Shown here one piece after another: positions 25,975-39,346 of a stretch of DNA of 64,000 nucleotides. The stretch is from the NCBI GenBank assembly GCA_964016885.1, contig OZ024754.1, positions 248,001 through 312,000 on the forward strand. Reading direction: 5' to 3'. The position numbers and the translations under genes are program-made. This stretch comes from Eledone cirrhosa (lineage: Eukaryota). Under the pieces are notes generated by a model. That model saw only the letters and a program-made list of their open reading frames with translations, did no database searches and was not told the DNA's origin. Numbering within the stretch: position 1 is the stretch's first letter; each line of letters opens with the position of its first letter.

Positions 25975-26180
25975 AAACCAACCAAACAGTGAGTGTGTTC
26001 TGTTATTAATTCTGGCAATATTACACAAATATGACCCTCCCCAAGTATATATATATATATATATATGATTCCAGTTCCTTAGTGAAATAACAACCCAACC
26101 AGGAATTGGACATATCAGAGTATTGACAAAAATTATACACCTCAACAACATATGTACTTGTCTATACCACACTAATTCGG

Positions 26181-26235
26181 ACTTCCTGAAGAGGTCACAG
26201 CCAAAGATGGCTGTCACCGAAATATATATAGCAGT
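26181..26235 (+). ncRNA. Hammerhead ribozyme, family D (single copy ~26065-26316)
   Basis: Same as 22895-22949 with one helix I mismatch. Confidence 0.8.
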
Positions 26236-26405
26236 AATAAACGAAGCTAAATTTTAAACACTTGACTTATTTATTTTACTTTATTTTACATTACTCCAAA
26301 CCAACCTGCGCACTTTGAATGAAACAGTTCTAGTCCTGTCGAAGCCATTTCTATATTAAATATATATATATATTTATATATATATATATATGTGTGTGTG
26401 TGTGA

Positions 26406-26530
26406 AGGCACGTGGCTTAGTGGTTAAACAGCTGGATTCACAATTGTGATATCCGGACGAGGGGATGCATTGTGTCCTTCAGCAAGACACTTTATTCCAC
26501 GTTGCTCCAGTTCACTCAGCTTTAGAAATG
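26406..26530 (+). mobile_element. tRNA-derived SINE family 2
   Basis: GGCACGTGGCTTAGTGGTT...GTGTCCTTCAGCAAGACACTTTATT...TTCACTCAGC. Confidence 0.7.
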
Positions 26531-26533
26531 ATA

Positions 26534-26581
<48 letters not shown>

Positions 26582-27178
26582 AGCTATATCTGACTTTGAG
26601 AATTCGCATCATTTGATCCTCACCCCTCTCACATATGGGTGGCACAAAGCAAACCAAGTGATATAATTCCCTGAGGAATTTTGGAGGAATGGACGACCGT
26701 TTTTCTCATCTCCATATAAGGTAGTATAGGTGTAGATAGAAATGAATAGGTGTTACCTAGTGTGTAATCTAATTTTGTAAATCTTAAACCAGTTTAAAAA
26801 ACAAACAAACCTTTTCTAAAAATTTCCTAGAAAATTGAAATTGAAACACTCAAACGTACGAAGGACTTTGTGATATGGTGTATGTATGTATGTATATATG
26901 CATATATATGTATGTATACATGTATGTATATATATATGCATGTATGTATATATATATATGCATGTATGTATATATATATACATACATGTATGTATATATA
27001 CATACATATGTATACATACATGCATATATACATATATACATACATATATATACATGCATGCATATATATGTATGTATGTATGCATGTATGTATACATATG
27101 TATATATATGCATGTATGTATATATATGTATACATGCATGTATATATATGTATGCTTGTATGTATGCATGTATGTATA

Positions 27179-27213
<35 letters not shown>

Positions 27214-27756
27214 GTATATATGTATGTATATGTATATATGTATGTATGTATGAATGTATGTGTACATATGTATGAATGTATGTGTATATATGTATGTGTA
27301 TATATGTATGTATGAATGTATGTGTATATATGTATGTGTATATATGTATGTATATATGTATGCATGTATGTATGTATATATGTATGTATGAATGTATGTA
27401 TATATATGCATGTATGTATATGTAGGTATGTAGGGTATTTCAGGATAATGTATATATTAACATTAAAAGGATCTGTATTGATTTTCTATAAGATACAGTG
27501 TCACTAAATTCTCTTATGTACTGTTTTTCTTGTTGTTGTTGTTGCTGTTATTGTTGTTATTGCTGTTGCTGTTGTTGTTACTGTTATTGCTGTTGCTGTT
27601 GCTGTTGTTACTGTTATTGCTGTTGTTACTGTTGCTGTTGTATGGTGTCGGTCAAAGGATTAGACACATTCCACAGGACCAAGCCCTTGTTAAACTGTTT
27701 AACCCTAGGTCTCGCAGGACCATGACCTTCTTTAACTCTAGGTTACTCTAGTTTTC

Positions 27757-27955
27757 AGAATCGGTAGAGCATCGAACACCATGCTTTGCAGCATATAGTT
27801 ACGGCCCTTTACGGTTTGAGTTCAAATCCCGCCGAGGTTAACTTTGCCTTTCATCCTTACGGGGTCGTTAAAATAAAGTACCAGTTATGCACTGGAGTCG
27901 ATTTAATCGACTTTCCCCTCCCCCCAAATTGCTGGCCTTGTGCCTATAATAGAAC
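27757..27955 (+). mobile_element. SINE family 1, long subfamily
   Basis: B box, core, GTCGATTTAATCGAC hairpin, tail. Confidence 0.85.
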
Positions 27956-28447
27956 TCATTATTGTTGTTGTCTGGTTATAATTAAAGTTGTTTCGTTGAA
28001 GCAGGATATTTGTTGACAAAACACGTGACTCTCTCAATATTTAATTTCCCAGAAACTACAATTAGGTCACTTTCTCAGAATCTACAACAATTCACTGTTG
28101 TTATGAAATGAATGAAACCCAGATACAAATACATGTTTACCATATAGCTTGCACTGCATGACACTTCTTTCAACTGCTATTAAATGGAAATTAAAATAAT
28201 TTCGATAGGTTTCCAACAAATCACTACCTCACCCAACCCCACCCTCTCCCATCTCAGCAGTGCCTTACTGTCACGACTAGATGATAATGACAGCATTAAG
28301 GCCACAAATCTGGAGATGTGACACTCAAATAATTCAGCCTCTTCTCACTCTTAGCAATATTGGTCACTGTCAGGATTTGAACTCAGACAATAGAGAACTC
28401 TCCAAATCCTTGACTCCTAGAGGACAGAAAGTGAAAGTCAAATGTCG

Positions 28448-28690
28448 TACGAGGGGGTGCTGAAAAGTTACTGATTTTTACGAAACCTTCAATGTTCTTT
28501 GTACAGGACTTAGAAAAACTGAATAAATATGTGAATATGTGCAATAAATATGTGAATATGTGCAATAAATATGTGAATATGTGCAATAAATATGTGAATC
28601 TGACAATATGTTGAATAAAATCATAATTAACTCATCTTCCTGTATTTTCTTTACCCGCCAAAAAAACAGGAACTTTTCAGTATCCCCCTC
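28448..28690. mobile_element. Tc1/mariner-type MITE
   Basis: TA-CGAGGGGGTGCTGAAAAGTT ... AACTTTTCAGTATCCCCCTC terminal inverted repeats; internal 21-bp tandem repeat at 28522-28599. Confidence 0.7.
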
Positions 28691-29135
28691 CTCCTACGAT
28701 TGTAACTAAGACTTATAGTAGTTAGTCCAATTCCCACTTTGTGTTAAGAGATTAATTAGTTATTAATTATCTTTCATTTATTTAGCATATTTATTATTTT
28801 AGTTTTCATTTATTAACTTTCTGGCGCTATTTGCATAATTTAGTTTTCAATAAGAGAAGTTTGATGAGAGAGAGAGAGAGGGGGGGATAGGATTATCTCC
28901 ACGTAATAGGATTATGTGAATGGAAAGTGATTAAGGTATCTCAGATTTAAGTGATGGTTGATGTGGTGGTGGGTGGTGGTGATGACGGTGGTGGGAATGA
29001 TGATGATGATGGTGATGGTGGTAATGATGATGCTGATGTTGATGACAACGACGATGATGATGATGAGGAGGAGGAGAAGGAGTAGGAGGATGACGAGGGG
29101 GTGGAGGGAGGGGAGATATAAGTATTTAAAATATT

Positions 29136-29173
<38 letters not shown>

Positions 29174-29472
29174 GTCTGTGTGTGTGTATATATATATATG
29201 TGTGTGTGTGTATATATATATATATGTGTGTGTATATATATATACTTACACAGAAGATCAAGGACAAACAGTTTGTCTGGGTATTAGTGATACTAAACAT
29301 AGACAATAGTAACGGGTCCTCTACAAATAGATTTACTATCGATTCAGCTTGATGACGTCATTTTGACATTTGACCTGGTATTACAAACCCAAAGCCTTGA
29401 GTGCATGCATACCTTGATTGCATGTCTATATATGCACATATAAACATACGCATAAATATAGAGAAAACTATG

Positions 29473-29569
<97 letters not shown>

Positions 29570-29753
29570 TAATTGTTTCTACTTTTGGCACAAGGCCAGC
29601 AATTACCCAGTGCATTACTAGTACTTTATTTTATCGACCCCGTAAGGATGAAAGGCAAAGTTAATCACGGTGGGATTTGAACTGAGAATGGCAAGGGCCG
29701 TAACTCTATGCGTCAAAGCATGGCGTCCCACCCTCTACCGATACTACCAATCC
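29570..29753 (-). mobile_element. SINE family 1, short subfamily
   Basis: Near full length; head-to-head with 29779-29885 across (TA)n. Confidence 0.85.
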
Positions 29754-29778
29754 ATATATATATATATATATATATTAT

Positions 29779-29885
29779 ATCCGCCGAGGTTAACTTTGCC
29801 TTTCATCCTTACGGGGTCGATAAAATAAAGTACCAGTAATGTACTGGGTAATTGCTGGCTTTGTGCCAAAAGTAGAAACAATTAT
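29779..29885 (+). mobile_element. SINE family 1, 5'-truncated
   Basis: Core and tail. Confidence 0.8.
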
Positions 29886-29937
29886 TTATGTTTATATATG
29901 TTTAATCGTCAGAATGAAATTTTATTTAAATAAAATT

Positions 29938-30006
29938 TCATTCTGACGATTGAAGGCAGACGTTTGTGCCAGGCTCGTCTGTCTTCGTGAAACCTTTGGT
30001 AAATGG
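29938..30006 (+). ncRNA. Hammerhead ribozyme, family B variant (element ~29904-30039, 48-bp perfect palindrome 29904-29951 at its 5' end)
   Basis: TCATT CTGACGA tt-gaaggcagacg...cgtctgtcttc-gt GAAA CC-TTT-GG TA AATGG. Confidence 0.85.
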
Positions 30007-30161
30007 AATAATTATCTTATGTTGTTTATTACATAACTAAATATATATATTTCGTTTCTGAATTTGTTTATGAAGATTCTTTATCTGAAAAACAAGAACA
30101 AAAACAAGATGGCGTAGGACAGAACAAAGGAGAGGCACAAAAACAAAGAAAAGAATCCCCA

Positions 30162-30204
30162 GTCACTGAAGAGGTCACAGAATGTGTGACGAAAGAACTT
30201 TGAC
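30162..30204 (+). ncRNA. Hammerhead ribozyme, family E (element ~30080-30343; terminal piece also at 41471-41540)
   Basis: GTCA CTGAAGA g GTCACA-gaatg-TGTGAC GAAA GAAC TT TGAC. Confidence 0.82.
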
Positions 30205-30346
30205 AATATATGAACAATCGTCTGGTTGTGGAACCAACCAACCAACCAACCGGAAATTTATAAATTTAATTTATAATAAATTGAAGTGAAAGCAACTGGT
30301 GCGTGTGTTTCTTATTGGCAACATGACCCTCCCAAAGTATAACAGC

Positions 30347-30378
<32 letters not shown>

Positions 30379-31156
30379 ATCATAGGCAGTCGTGTGTTTC
30401 ATTAGAAATGGGGTAAACAAAAGGATAAGAGATGATGATGATGATGATGAACCACTAATAGATCCCTCCTCCTTGGTGCGATCACCTAATTTGCTAGATA
30501 TACCAGCCAAATACCGTATTAAAATAAGGGAAGGACATAGGGTTAATTCAAATATAGTTCATCTGAACATAAGATACGATCAGACGCCATTGATCGTAGG
30601 TTTACTGGACTTTGGTTGACCTAGGGTTTAAACAACAACTACAGTTATATTTGGGTGAATTTGGCGCCATATCACCTCCAAAAATATATAATTATTCAAA
30701 TACTGGAATGTCAAATTAAACAGAGAACACAACTTTATCTTCCCAATATTTTATTTTATTTTATTTTATCTGTTTTGTTTTGTTTGTTTGTTTGTTTGTT
30801 TTTTATTTTGTTTTTGTTTTATTTTTATTTATTTTTTAGTTTTGTTGTTGTTGCTGTTGTTGTCGTCGCTGCTGTTGTTGTTTCGGATGGTCACGCTACT
30901 GATCTGACCTTTTAAACTTTTAAATAGTTAATACAACCTCTTTCACTATGCCAAGAATGTTAAATATGTCCAACGTCCACACGTGTTAGTGTAAGTAGAT
31001 TGGGTGACTTGACAGTCAAACTGACTTACACATCTACCTATATATTTACACACTCGGCTATCTATTTACACATTTGATAATATATTTATACTCTTCGCTA
31101 TATATTTACACATTTGATAATATATTTATACTCTTCGCTATATATTTACTACATAT

Positions 31157-31211
31157 CAAGGGCAGTGCCCCAGCATGGCCTTAGCCGGATGGCTGGAACA
31201 GGTAAAAGAGT
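31157..31211 (+). mobile_element. CR1-group LINE 3' tail only
   Basis: Matches 4578-4631. Confidence 0.7.
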
Positions 31212-31218
31212 AATATCT

Positions 31219-31547
31219 CAGGGGTACCGAAAGCATTTCTGGATGGGGGGGGGGGGGGGGGGGCAATTGAGTCAATTTAGTTGTAGTGATCAATTTAGCT
31301 CTTTGTACTCTAAAATGGTCAGAAAACTTCGATATGAGATAAACATAAATTGTAGCACATATCTAAATAGATGTGTGTTTTGGTAGTTTGGGGAGAAAAT
31401 GTAATTATTGGAGGGGTAGGGCATGCCCTGTATATAAATTGTTTTTTTTTAAATTATGCTCTGTACCCTTTCCTAAGGGGTTAATATATCGAGCTTTTTT
31501 GCATTTGTTAAGAAACTGGTATTATACCCAATTTATTCATCTCCTAC
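31219..31547 (+). mobile_element. Second copy of the 20330-20670 element
   Basis: CTCTAAAATGGTCAGAAAACTTCGATATG and CCCTTTCCTAAGGGGTTAATATATC are shared. Confidence 0.6.
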
Positions 31548-32437
31548 ATATATGCATTCATTTATTATGGATAATGGTGAGCTTTGTTACTCTAAAGTTT
31601 CACCTGTGCACTCACAGATCACCAGTCTTACCTGGTGAGTACACAAGTTAAACTCCAGAGTAACAAGGCTTAGTTATAATAAATGAATATTTAAACTCTA
31701 CTTCGTTATTGAGTTTTCATTCTTACGTCCGTTAATAATTCAGGTACTGTCAGGTCTTGAAAATCATTATGTTCACCCTCCTGTTCACGCATTCGGAAAT
31801 GCTTTAGAAATAAAACACCACGTTGTCACATCTTGTTTCCTATTAAAAGATAATCAGCTTTGGTGGTGTGAAGCGGAGAAACAGAGAAGAAATACTTTCA
31901 TACATACATACATTTATATATACATACATATATTTATACATACATACATACATTTATATATACATACATACATACATTTATATATACATACATTTATATA
32001 TACATACATACATACATTTATATATACATACATTTATATATACATACATACATACATTTATATATACATACATTTATATATACATACATACATACATTTA
32101 TATATACATACATACATACATACATATATACATACATTTATATATACATACATACATACATACATTTATATATACATACATATATTTATACATATATAGA
32201 GCGAATGACAGGTGGGAGTATCGGCGAACTGAGGATGAGAACGTCTTCTTTAGAGCCATTTATATAGAGAGGTTAATATGTTCAGCTCAGGAATGTAAGG
32301 TCGTGAATTCTATTCCCAGTGCTGAGTTGTGTCCTCAAGTTAAACGAGTCAACTCAGCTAGTAAGATGAGTTATATGTTATTTATCGCCGCAGTCTAGTG
32401 ACAAACCATTAAAAGAAATTTTAAAATATGTGATGGT

Positions 32438-32523
<86 letters not shown>

Positions 32524-32671
32524 CCTCACTCACCCCTCTCTCTCTATCTTTTCCTTTTTCTAAGCACCCTGATCCAGATGAAAATGCTATAAATAAGAAT
32601 GGGAGCTAACAAGGAACGGAGAAATTACCTTTTATTATTTGACATAAACCGAAGGTGTTAGACTGACAAAA

Positions 32672-32855
32672 TCAGTAGTGTCTTACAAAATTCTTTACGG
32701 CATTTATAGTTACGGGTCTTTACATCAAATGCTGCCAAGCTCAACGTTGCCTTTCACCCGAGGTCAATAAAATAAAGTACCAGTCATGTACGGGGGTTGA
32801 TTTAATCATCTTTTCCCTCCCACAAATTATTAGCTTTGTGTCTAAACTGGAAATC
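32672..32855 (+). mobile_element. SINE family 1, degenerate
   Basis: TTGCCTTTCACCCGAGGTCAATAAAATAAAGTACCAG. Confidence 0.6.
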
Positions 32856-33377
32856 CTTATGAAACGTAAAATGTTTTATATTCAAATTGGAATTGTTTGA
32901 TGTAACAACTTATTTTAAAATTTTGATTCTTTTCTATATATTTCGGCGAAATTGCTCTTTTCATGTTTATCAAGTAATTTACCATTTGTACCTTTATTAA
33001 AAGTCTGACATTTGGTAACAAGTTGTACTTAAGGGGGTGTTTTTAAGGTTGATTTAGCTTCTATTTTTAGCGCGGAACCATGCATTATCTCTCGCTCTCT
33101 CTCTCTTTTTCTTTCTTTCTCTCTCTTTTTCCTTCCTTGTTGGTCGGTGGTTCCCGTTTTATGATTGGTTGAAATTAAGAAGTCTTCTTATTTCTATTTG
33201 TTGGCACTTAGTGAAAAAAAGTGGGTGTATTATTCGTGATGAAGTTGATGGCTTAATTAGTAAATAATTCATCTATTTTTATCATTGTTTATTTTTAGTT
33301 AATTTATTTGTAATAATCAAGTTTCCAAAGACATACTTATACCACCCCAACACATACACACACATACATACACACAC

Positions 33378-33415
<38 letters not shown>

Positions 33416-33821
33416 ATACATATATATATATATATACATACACACACATACACACATATATACATATATATATACACACGTACACATATTTGTCTAAATA
33501 TACTCGATAACTATTAGTATTAATTATTTTATTTAATTACTCGTTAACTACTAGTATTAATTATTTTATTTTATTATTTCCATTTAATTTGAAGTTTATT
33601 TTGGGTTTCGTCTTGTATGTATAATTATAATTAGACGTATTTAAAAATGTTAAATTCATCTTCTTGCCATCTATTTGCTATTACTATTAGTGTTCTTATT
33701 AAGCCTAGGTCAGCACTTATCGGGCTGGCCAATAATAGGGTTTAATCGGCAACCACCCGGCCTTATTCAGTCGAATTGTGTATTTAACGCGTCTTTTTTT
33801 AAAGAAGGTATCCTGTGTGAT

Positions 33822-33975
33822 AGGCTGCAATTTGTTAGAATTATTAGAACGTCAGGTAGATTGCTTTTTGGTATCGGTTCCGGTTCTCTGCTCTCTGAGT
33901 TCAAGTCCCACCGGGATCAACTTTACCTTTCATCCTTCTGAGGTCGATAAAACAAACTACAAGTCTAGTATGTAT
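33822..33975 (+). mobile_element. SINE family 1-like, degenerate
   Basis: CTGAGTTCAAGTCCCACCG...CCTTTCATCCTTCTGAGGTCGATAAAA. Confidence 0.6.
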
Positions 33976-34118
33976 CTATGAATGTATGTTGTAATGATGC
34001 ATAAATTATATCGGATAAAATATTTTTGTAAACAATTTTAAGTAAAATTTAACAACGAACTCCAAAAATTCGGATCAAACCATATTGTTGTATTTTGACA
34101 ACGTTCCACACACGATAA

Positions 34119-34152
<34 letters not shown>

Positions 34153-34633
34153 ACACATATGAGTAAGGTAGAATAAAATGTGAGTTTAGCAGGGGGGTGG
34201 GGGGCATGGTTAATCTGTGTTAAATCGTATTTAATATATATTTTATACAATTTAATATGAAATAACAACACGTAAATTCGATGATAATGGCTACTGTATG
34301 ATGGAATCTATTTCAGGTAAGAAAGTTTATTAACCTGATGATGCTAATATTCTGAGAGAAAACATTGACCTCGGATACGTAACAGCTCTGACGATGGCTA
34401 AAATTGACCAAACATTAATCGATCTCTATTGAACACTTAATTAGCATAGCGACAATAAACCTTCCCCTCTCCGCTGTTTAACTGTTAGAATGGGAAAATG
34501 AAGCCATATTAAGTGGTTAACGACTCTTAAACTGAAGAGCTCATTAAGTGTGCACACGTGAACATATGTATACAAAAATAAAAGAAAAATGTTCACATAC
34601 ATACACATGTATGTATATTGAAGTCAGTGATTT

Positions 34634-34715
<82 letters not shown>

Positions 34716-34756
34716 TTCAGTGATTTTTCACAACACTTGACTATATATACACAGTC

Positions 34757-34788
<32 letters not shown>

Positions 34789-34886
34789 GCATATATATAT
34801 ATATATATGTATGTATCCAGGAAGCTTCAACCGTTAAGGTTGTCTTTTTTCCGGGTATGCCAATATTTATTTATAAAACAAATTTG

Positions 34887-34952
34887 TATTTTATCTGATG
34901 AAAGCGCACCATAATTTTCCTTGGTTGCCCTTGAAATATATATAATAAAATA
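34887..34952 (+). ncRNA. Hammerhead ribozyme, family A (element ~34820-35088)
   Basis: TATTTTAT CTGATGA aagcgcacca...tggttgccctt GAAA TATATA TA ATAAAATA. Confidence 0.85.
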
Positions 34953-35100
34953 ATTATGGTTTTATAAATATAGTTTCCATTTATTAATATATTAAATATT
35001 TACTCCACTAAACTGTTGAGTGCTTTATATCAGTTATAAACAAATTTAAGCTTGTTGAATCCCAACAAATTAAATATAACCTCTGCATATATATATATAT

Positions 35101-35251
35101 CTAGGGCGGGTAAAATTCCCGAGATCCATGGACAAGTTCTCTCCAGCGTTCTCTGTCCCTCATCATCGCTGCCATGTCTTGCGTCTCCAACGACATCCTG
35201 TCGGAGCCCCTACATGGACACACTGGAAGAGGAAGACCAAGGTTAACGTAT

Positions 35252-35254
<3 letters not shown>
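35101..35254 (-). mobile_element. RTE LINE 3' fragment with inverted 5' segment
   Basis: Minus strand: SLETQDMAAMMRDRERWRELVHGSREFYPP*; plus strand 35204-35254: EPLHGHTGRGRPRLTYV; both are RTE C-terminal motifs. Confidence 0.75.
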
Positions 35255-35302
<48 letters not shown>

Positions 35303-36571
35303 TATACACACACACACACATATATATGTCTTCCACATGGCTAGAACTGTTTCATCGCATATCTATTTATGTGTGTATCTATGTGTTTGTAAGTATGTGT
35401 GATTATAAGGGAGAGAACGTGTATATGTGAGTGTGTGTGTTTATGTGTGTGTGTTATATGTTGTATGTTGTTATATAATATGATATACATCACACGTAAA
35501 TAGGATGATTATATTCTTCTCCTGTTAATAATGGAGTCCATTCACCTACAGATCGTTAACCCGAAATTAATATTCTAACTACATTAACTTACATTGTTTC
35601 TCTGATGATGACGACAGCGAAAATATGAAACTTACATTAAATCTCTTTCCCTAACAGTTCAGAAATAGTAACATCCCCTATTCCTGGTCAATTGACTCAC
35701 TATTAGCTTAGATAAACGAGGCAACATTAAACTGATTAACAGGGGTTTTAATTGTGAATTCATTAAATATGTACGCAAGCACCCAAACGCGCATCAAACT
35801 GCCAAGAACACACTTAAATAAACATTTATAATAATATATGTGTGTCCCTTAGCGAGGATGTGTGACAGTGTTGCTTATGTGTACAGCAGTGTTGTGTGAG
35901 TGTGTGTGTGTATGTGAGATCTGTGTTATATATACTCATGTGTGTGTACGTGAGCACTCACATATCTTAGAAATCCTGTTCGCCATGTAATATTATAAAG
36001 TTTCGTCACACTTCTGTGACATTGTCACTGTTAATTTCATTGCCTGCATGAGGAAAAGAGGGACCGCTTTCAGTACAGCACTCTTTAACTTAATTATACA
36101 AATTCATGTCATCAACCTCTTTCAGTTATTTCTTTTCAATCTTTTTATTTTTAATAATGCAAATTAAATTTGACCAAAGATGTATGTAATTCTTTTACTA
36201 TATATAAACATCAATAACTTGATGACACCCGCTTATCACAGGGTCAACAGACAAGGACTCTGATGACCCTGTGATAAACAGGCAACACTCCAGAGTAACA
36301 ACACTCACTATTTAGCCGTAATATTATATTTAAACTCTACTTTGGTATTGAGCACACCTTTCTCTCAACCGTCAAACCCCCCCCCCCACACACACACACA
36401 CAATAAGATTAATAAAGATGCTGATGTTACATAAAACGATTTATCTAACATCACCATCTTTATTAATGTTATTATTATACTGAATCTCCATCGTAACAAC
36501 AAACTACGAATGTTGAGAGCTTTCTCCTGTTTGCTCCTGTTTTTACAAAAACAATCTCTTCGGAATATATA

Positions 36572-37443
36572 CAGTGGCGGACTGGGTCTAAAAATATTGG
36601 TTGCCAGGAGATGAAGGGGGCCCACCGACATATAGAATGAATGGAGCCCACCTACATATAGAATGCTATCATTTAATTTTTATAATGAATAAATAACATT
36701 TTCGAAAAATACATAAGTGGAAACAAAACAGTGCAATCAAATTTTTGAGGGAAAATATTTTACCTTCTCCAATAAAAAATATATTTTGCGACATCCAGAG
36801 ATTTTCAATAATGACCAGAAGTCGACCCTAAATATTACTAATAGTTCCAGGAAAGCCATGAACGACAACATTGATTTTGAAAGTAGGTTTATAATTATTA
36901 ATTTTCATTATATTTTTGTAGCTGTCTCGGTGGCTAAGTTGGAGGAGTCATAGACGGTGATAATCCTGGTCTGAAGTTCGATCCTGGTCGGGAGTAGGTT
37001 TCCCGATAAACCTTTTAAAATAAGAACTGAAAAGGTTACATGTACCTCTCGACCAGGATTGAACCCAAGACCAGGATCTCCACCGTTTCTACTACCTAAT
37101 GCTAGGCCACAGAGACAACTACGCAGATCTTCTGAAAATTCATACATATAAACCTACTTTCAAAATTTTCAAGAGAAAGTGTTGTGGTGTCGTTCATGTC
37201 TTTCTTAATGTTATTGCTCCTACTTAAGGTCGACTTCTAAATCATTTGGGTGTTCCATAAACTACATCTTCGTTTTGTTTCATATCTATACAGTGGCGGA
37301 CTAGGTCTAAAATTATTGGTTGCCAGATGAAGAGGGCCCACCTACATATAGAATGATATCATTTAATTTAATTTTTATAATGTATAAATAACATTTAAAA
37401 AATATTAAGTATTTTGCGAAATCCAGTGACTTCAATAATGACC
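36572..37443. mobile_element. Second copy of the convergent-tRNA element plus a partial tandem copy from 37291
   Basis: CAGTGGCGGACT ends at 36572 and 37291; tRNA-like units at 36924-36998 (+) and 37044-37116 (-). Confidence 0.7.
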
Positions 37444-37463
37444 TTTGGTCTTTCACACTCATT

Positions 37464-37508
<45 letters not shown>

Positions 37509-38126
37509 GTGTGTGTGTGTGTGTGTGTGTGTAAGGGAGAGGGGGTGCTGGTGAGGAAAATAAGGATGAGTTTAACGAAGAGGGCAGTAAAAGGAATCTT
37601 GATGTCACCATGACCCAGACGGTTCCAGGAGTAGTAGTAGTGGTGGTGGTGGTGGTGGTGGTTGTAGTGTTATACTACTACTACTACTACTACTACCAAT
37701 ACAGATATTACCATAACCTTCACTACTCAAATCGAAGTTTGCAATCACGTTATTAACACCTATAATCTCTCTATCATTTGTGTGCATATATATATATATA
37801 TATATTTATATATATGTGTGTGTGTGTGTGCGCGCATCTATATATGTGTATGAATGTATAAGTCTGTGTGTGTGTGTATATATGTGTATATATGTGTGTG
37901 TATGTATAATTAGAGGAGGAAAGACTGTGTCCATTACATTTAATGGTGGGATTACAGTTGATGTTCTGGTTAACTCTGTGAAGGTCGATGTATGGGGAGA
38001 GAAAATAACGTTTGGTGTCGCTTTGTTGAGAAAATGTTGATGAATGTGTAATGTACGCCTGAATAACGGAGGACAGTAAAGGAAAGAACTATAAATGCCA
38101 TAAATGAGAGGAAAAGGGGGGAAAAG

Positions 38127-38450
38127 CAAGGACTGTTAGGGGGAAGACCAAGGGCTGTTAGAGGGAAGGGCAAGGACTGTTAGAGAAAGAGCAAGGACTG
38201 TTAGGGAAAATAGCAAGGACTGTTAGGGGGAAGACCAAGGACTGTTAGGGGGAAGACCAAGGACTTTTAGAGGAAAGACCAAGGACTGTTAGGGGGAAGG
38301 GCAAGGACTGTTAGAGAAAGAGCAAGGACTGTTAGGGGGAAGGGCAAGGACTGTTAGGGGGAAGGGCAAGGAGTGTTAGGGGGAAGGGCAAGGACTGTTA
38401 GGGGGAAGACCAAGGGCTGTTAGGGGGAAGAGCAGGGACTGGTAGAGGAA
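38127..38450 (+). repeat. 21-22-bp G-rich minisatellite x ~15 (CAAGGACTGTTAGGGGGAAGGG)
   Basis: Seen directly. Confidence 0.9.
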
Positions 38451-38744
38451 AGAGAGGGGAGGAAGAGGGTGATAGATAAACAAACATATAAAACAAGAAC
38501 TAGCAACAGTAAACTCCACGTGTCAATGAAACTATATTCCTTTACACTTACTCCGAGATTCCACACTGATCGTCTATCTCTATCTCATTCATAAACTATT
38601 TTTACAGCTCATCAGTGCGCATGCTCAAACATACATAGATACCATTTCTACAATTTCAAGGTATCTTAAACTGCTGTTTTCAGGCGGTAAAACATAGATA
38701 GCTAACTCTTATCACTTCCGGTTAGCTCTTGTTTTTTATAGCTA

Positions 38745-39272
38745 TACACCCCACCACCCCCGACCACCACCACTATCACCACCACCACAATCACCACTAC
38801 CACCACTTTTATAGCTATACACCCCACCACCCCCGACCACCACCACTATCACCACCACCACAATCACCACTACCACCACTAACTCAACCAACAACATCAA
38901 CACCACCGCCAACAACAACATCAACACTAACACCACCACCACCACCACTACCACTAGTAGCACCACCAACAACAACAACACTACCACCACACCACCACCA
39001 CCACCAACAACAACAACATCAACACCACCACCACCGTCAACACCATCACCACCACCAACAACAACAACATCAACACTACCACCACCACCACCACCACCGT
39101 CAACACCATCACCACCACCACCAACAACAACATCAACACCACCACCACCACCACCACCGTCAACACCATCACCACCACCAACAACAACAACATCAACACT
39201 ACCACCACCACCGTCACCACTATCACCACTACCACCACCACCAACAACAACAACAACAACATCAACACCACC
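38745..39272. repeat. (CAC/CAA)n low-complexity array with a local duplication
   Basis: Seen directly. Confidence 0.9.
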
Positions 39273-39346
39273 AGGTATTTCCACCTGTTGATAGACCAAT
39301 CGAAACATTCCTTGATTCGATTTGATGACTTTCCTATATATGAAAC

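Larger units (their letters stand above)
25268..26049 (-). mobile_element. 5'-truncated Penelope-like retroelement (family E) with perfect 75-bp inverted termini
   Basis: Inverted repeats 25268-25342 / 25975-26049 enclose a GIY-YIG C-terminus, a 3'UTR and an HHR. Confidence 0.85.

Noticed and set aside
38614-38722. Promoter-like TGCGCATGC and CACTTCCGG motifs
   Set aside because: Short motifs with no identified gene or TSS evidence
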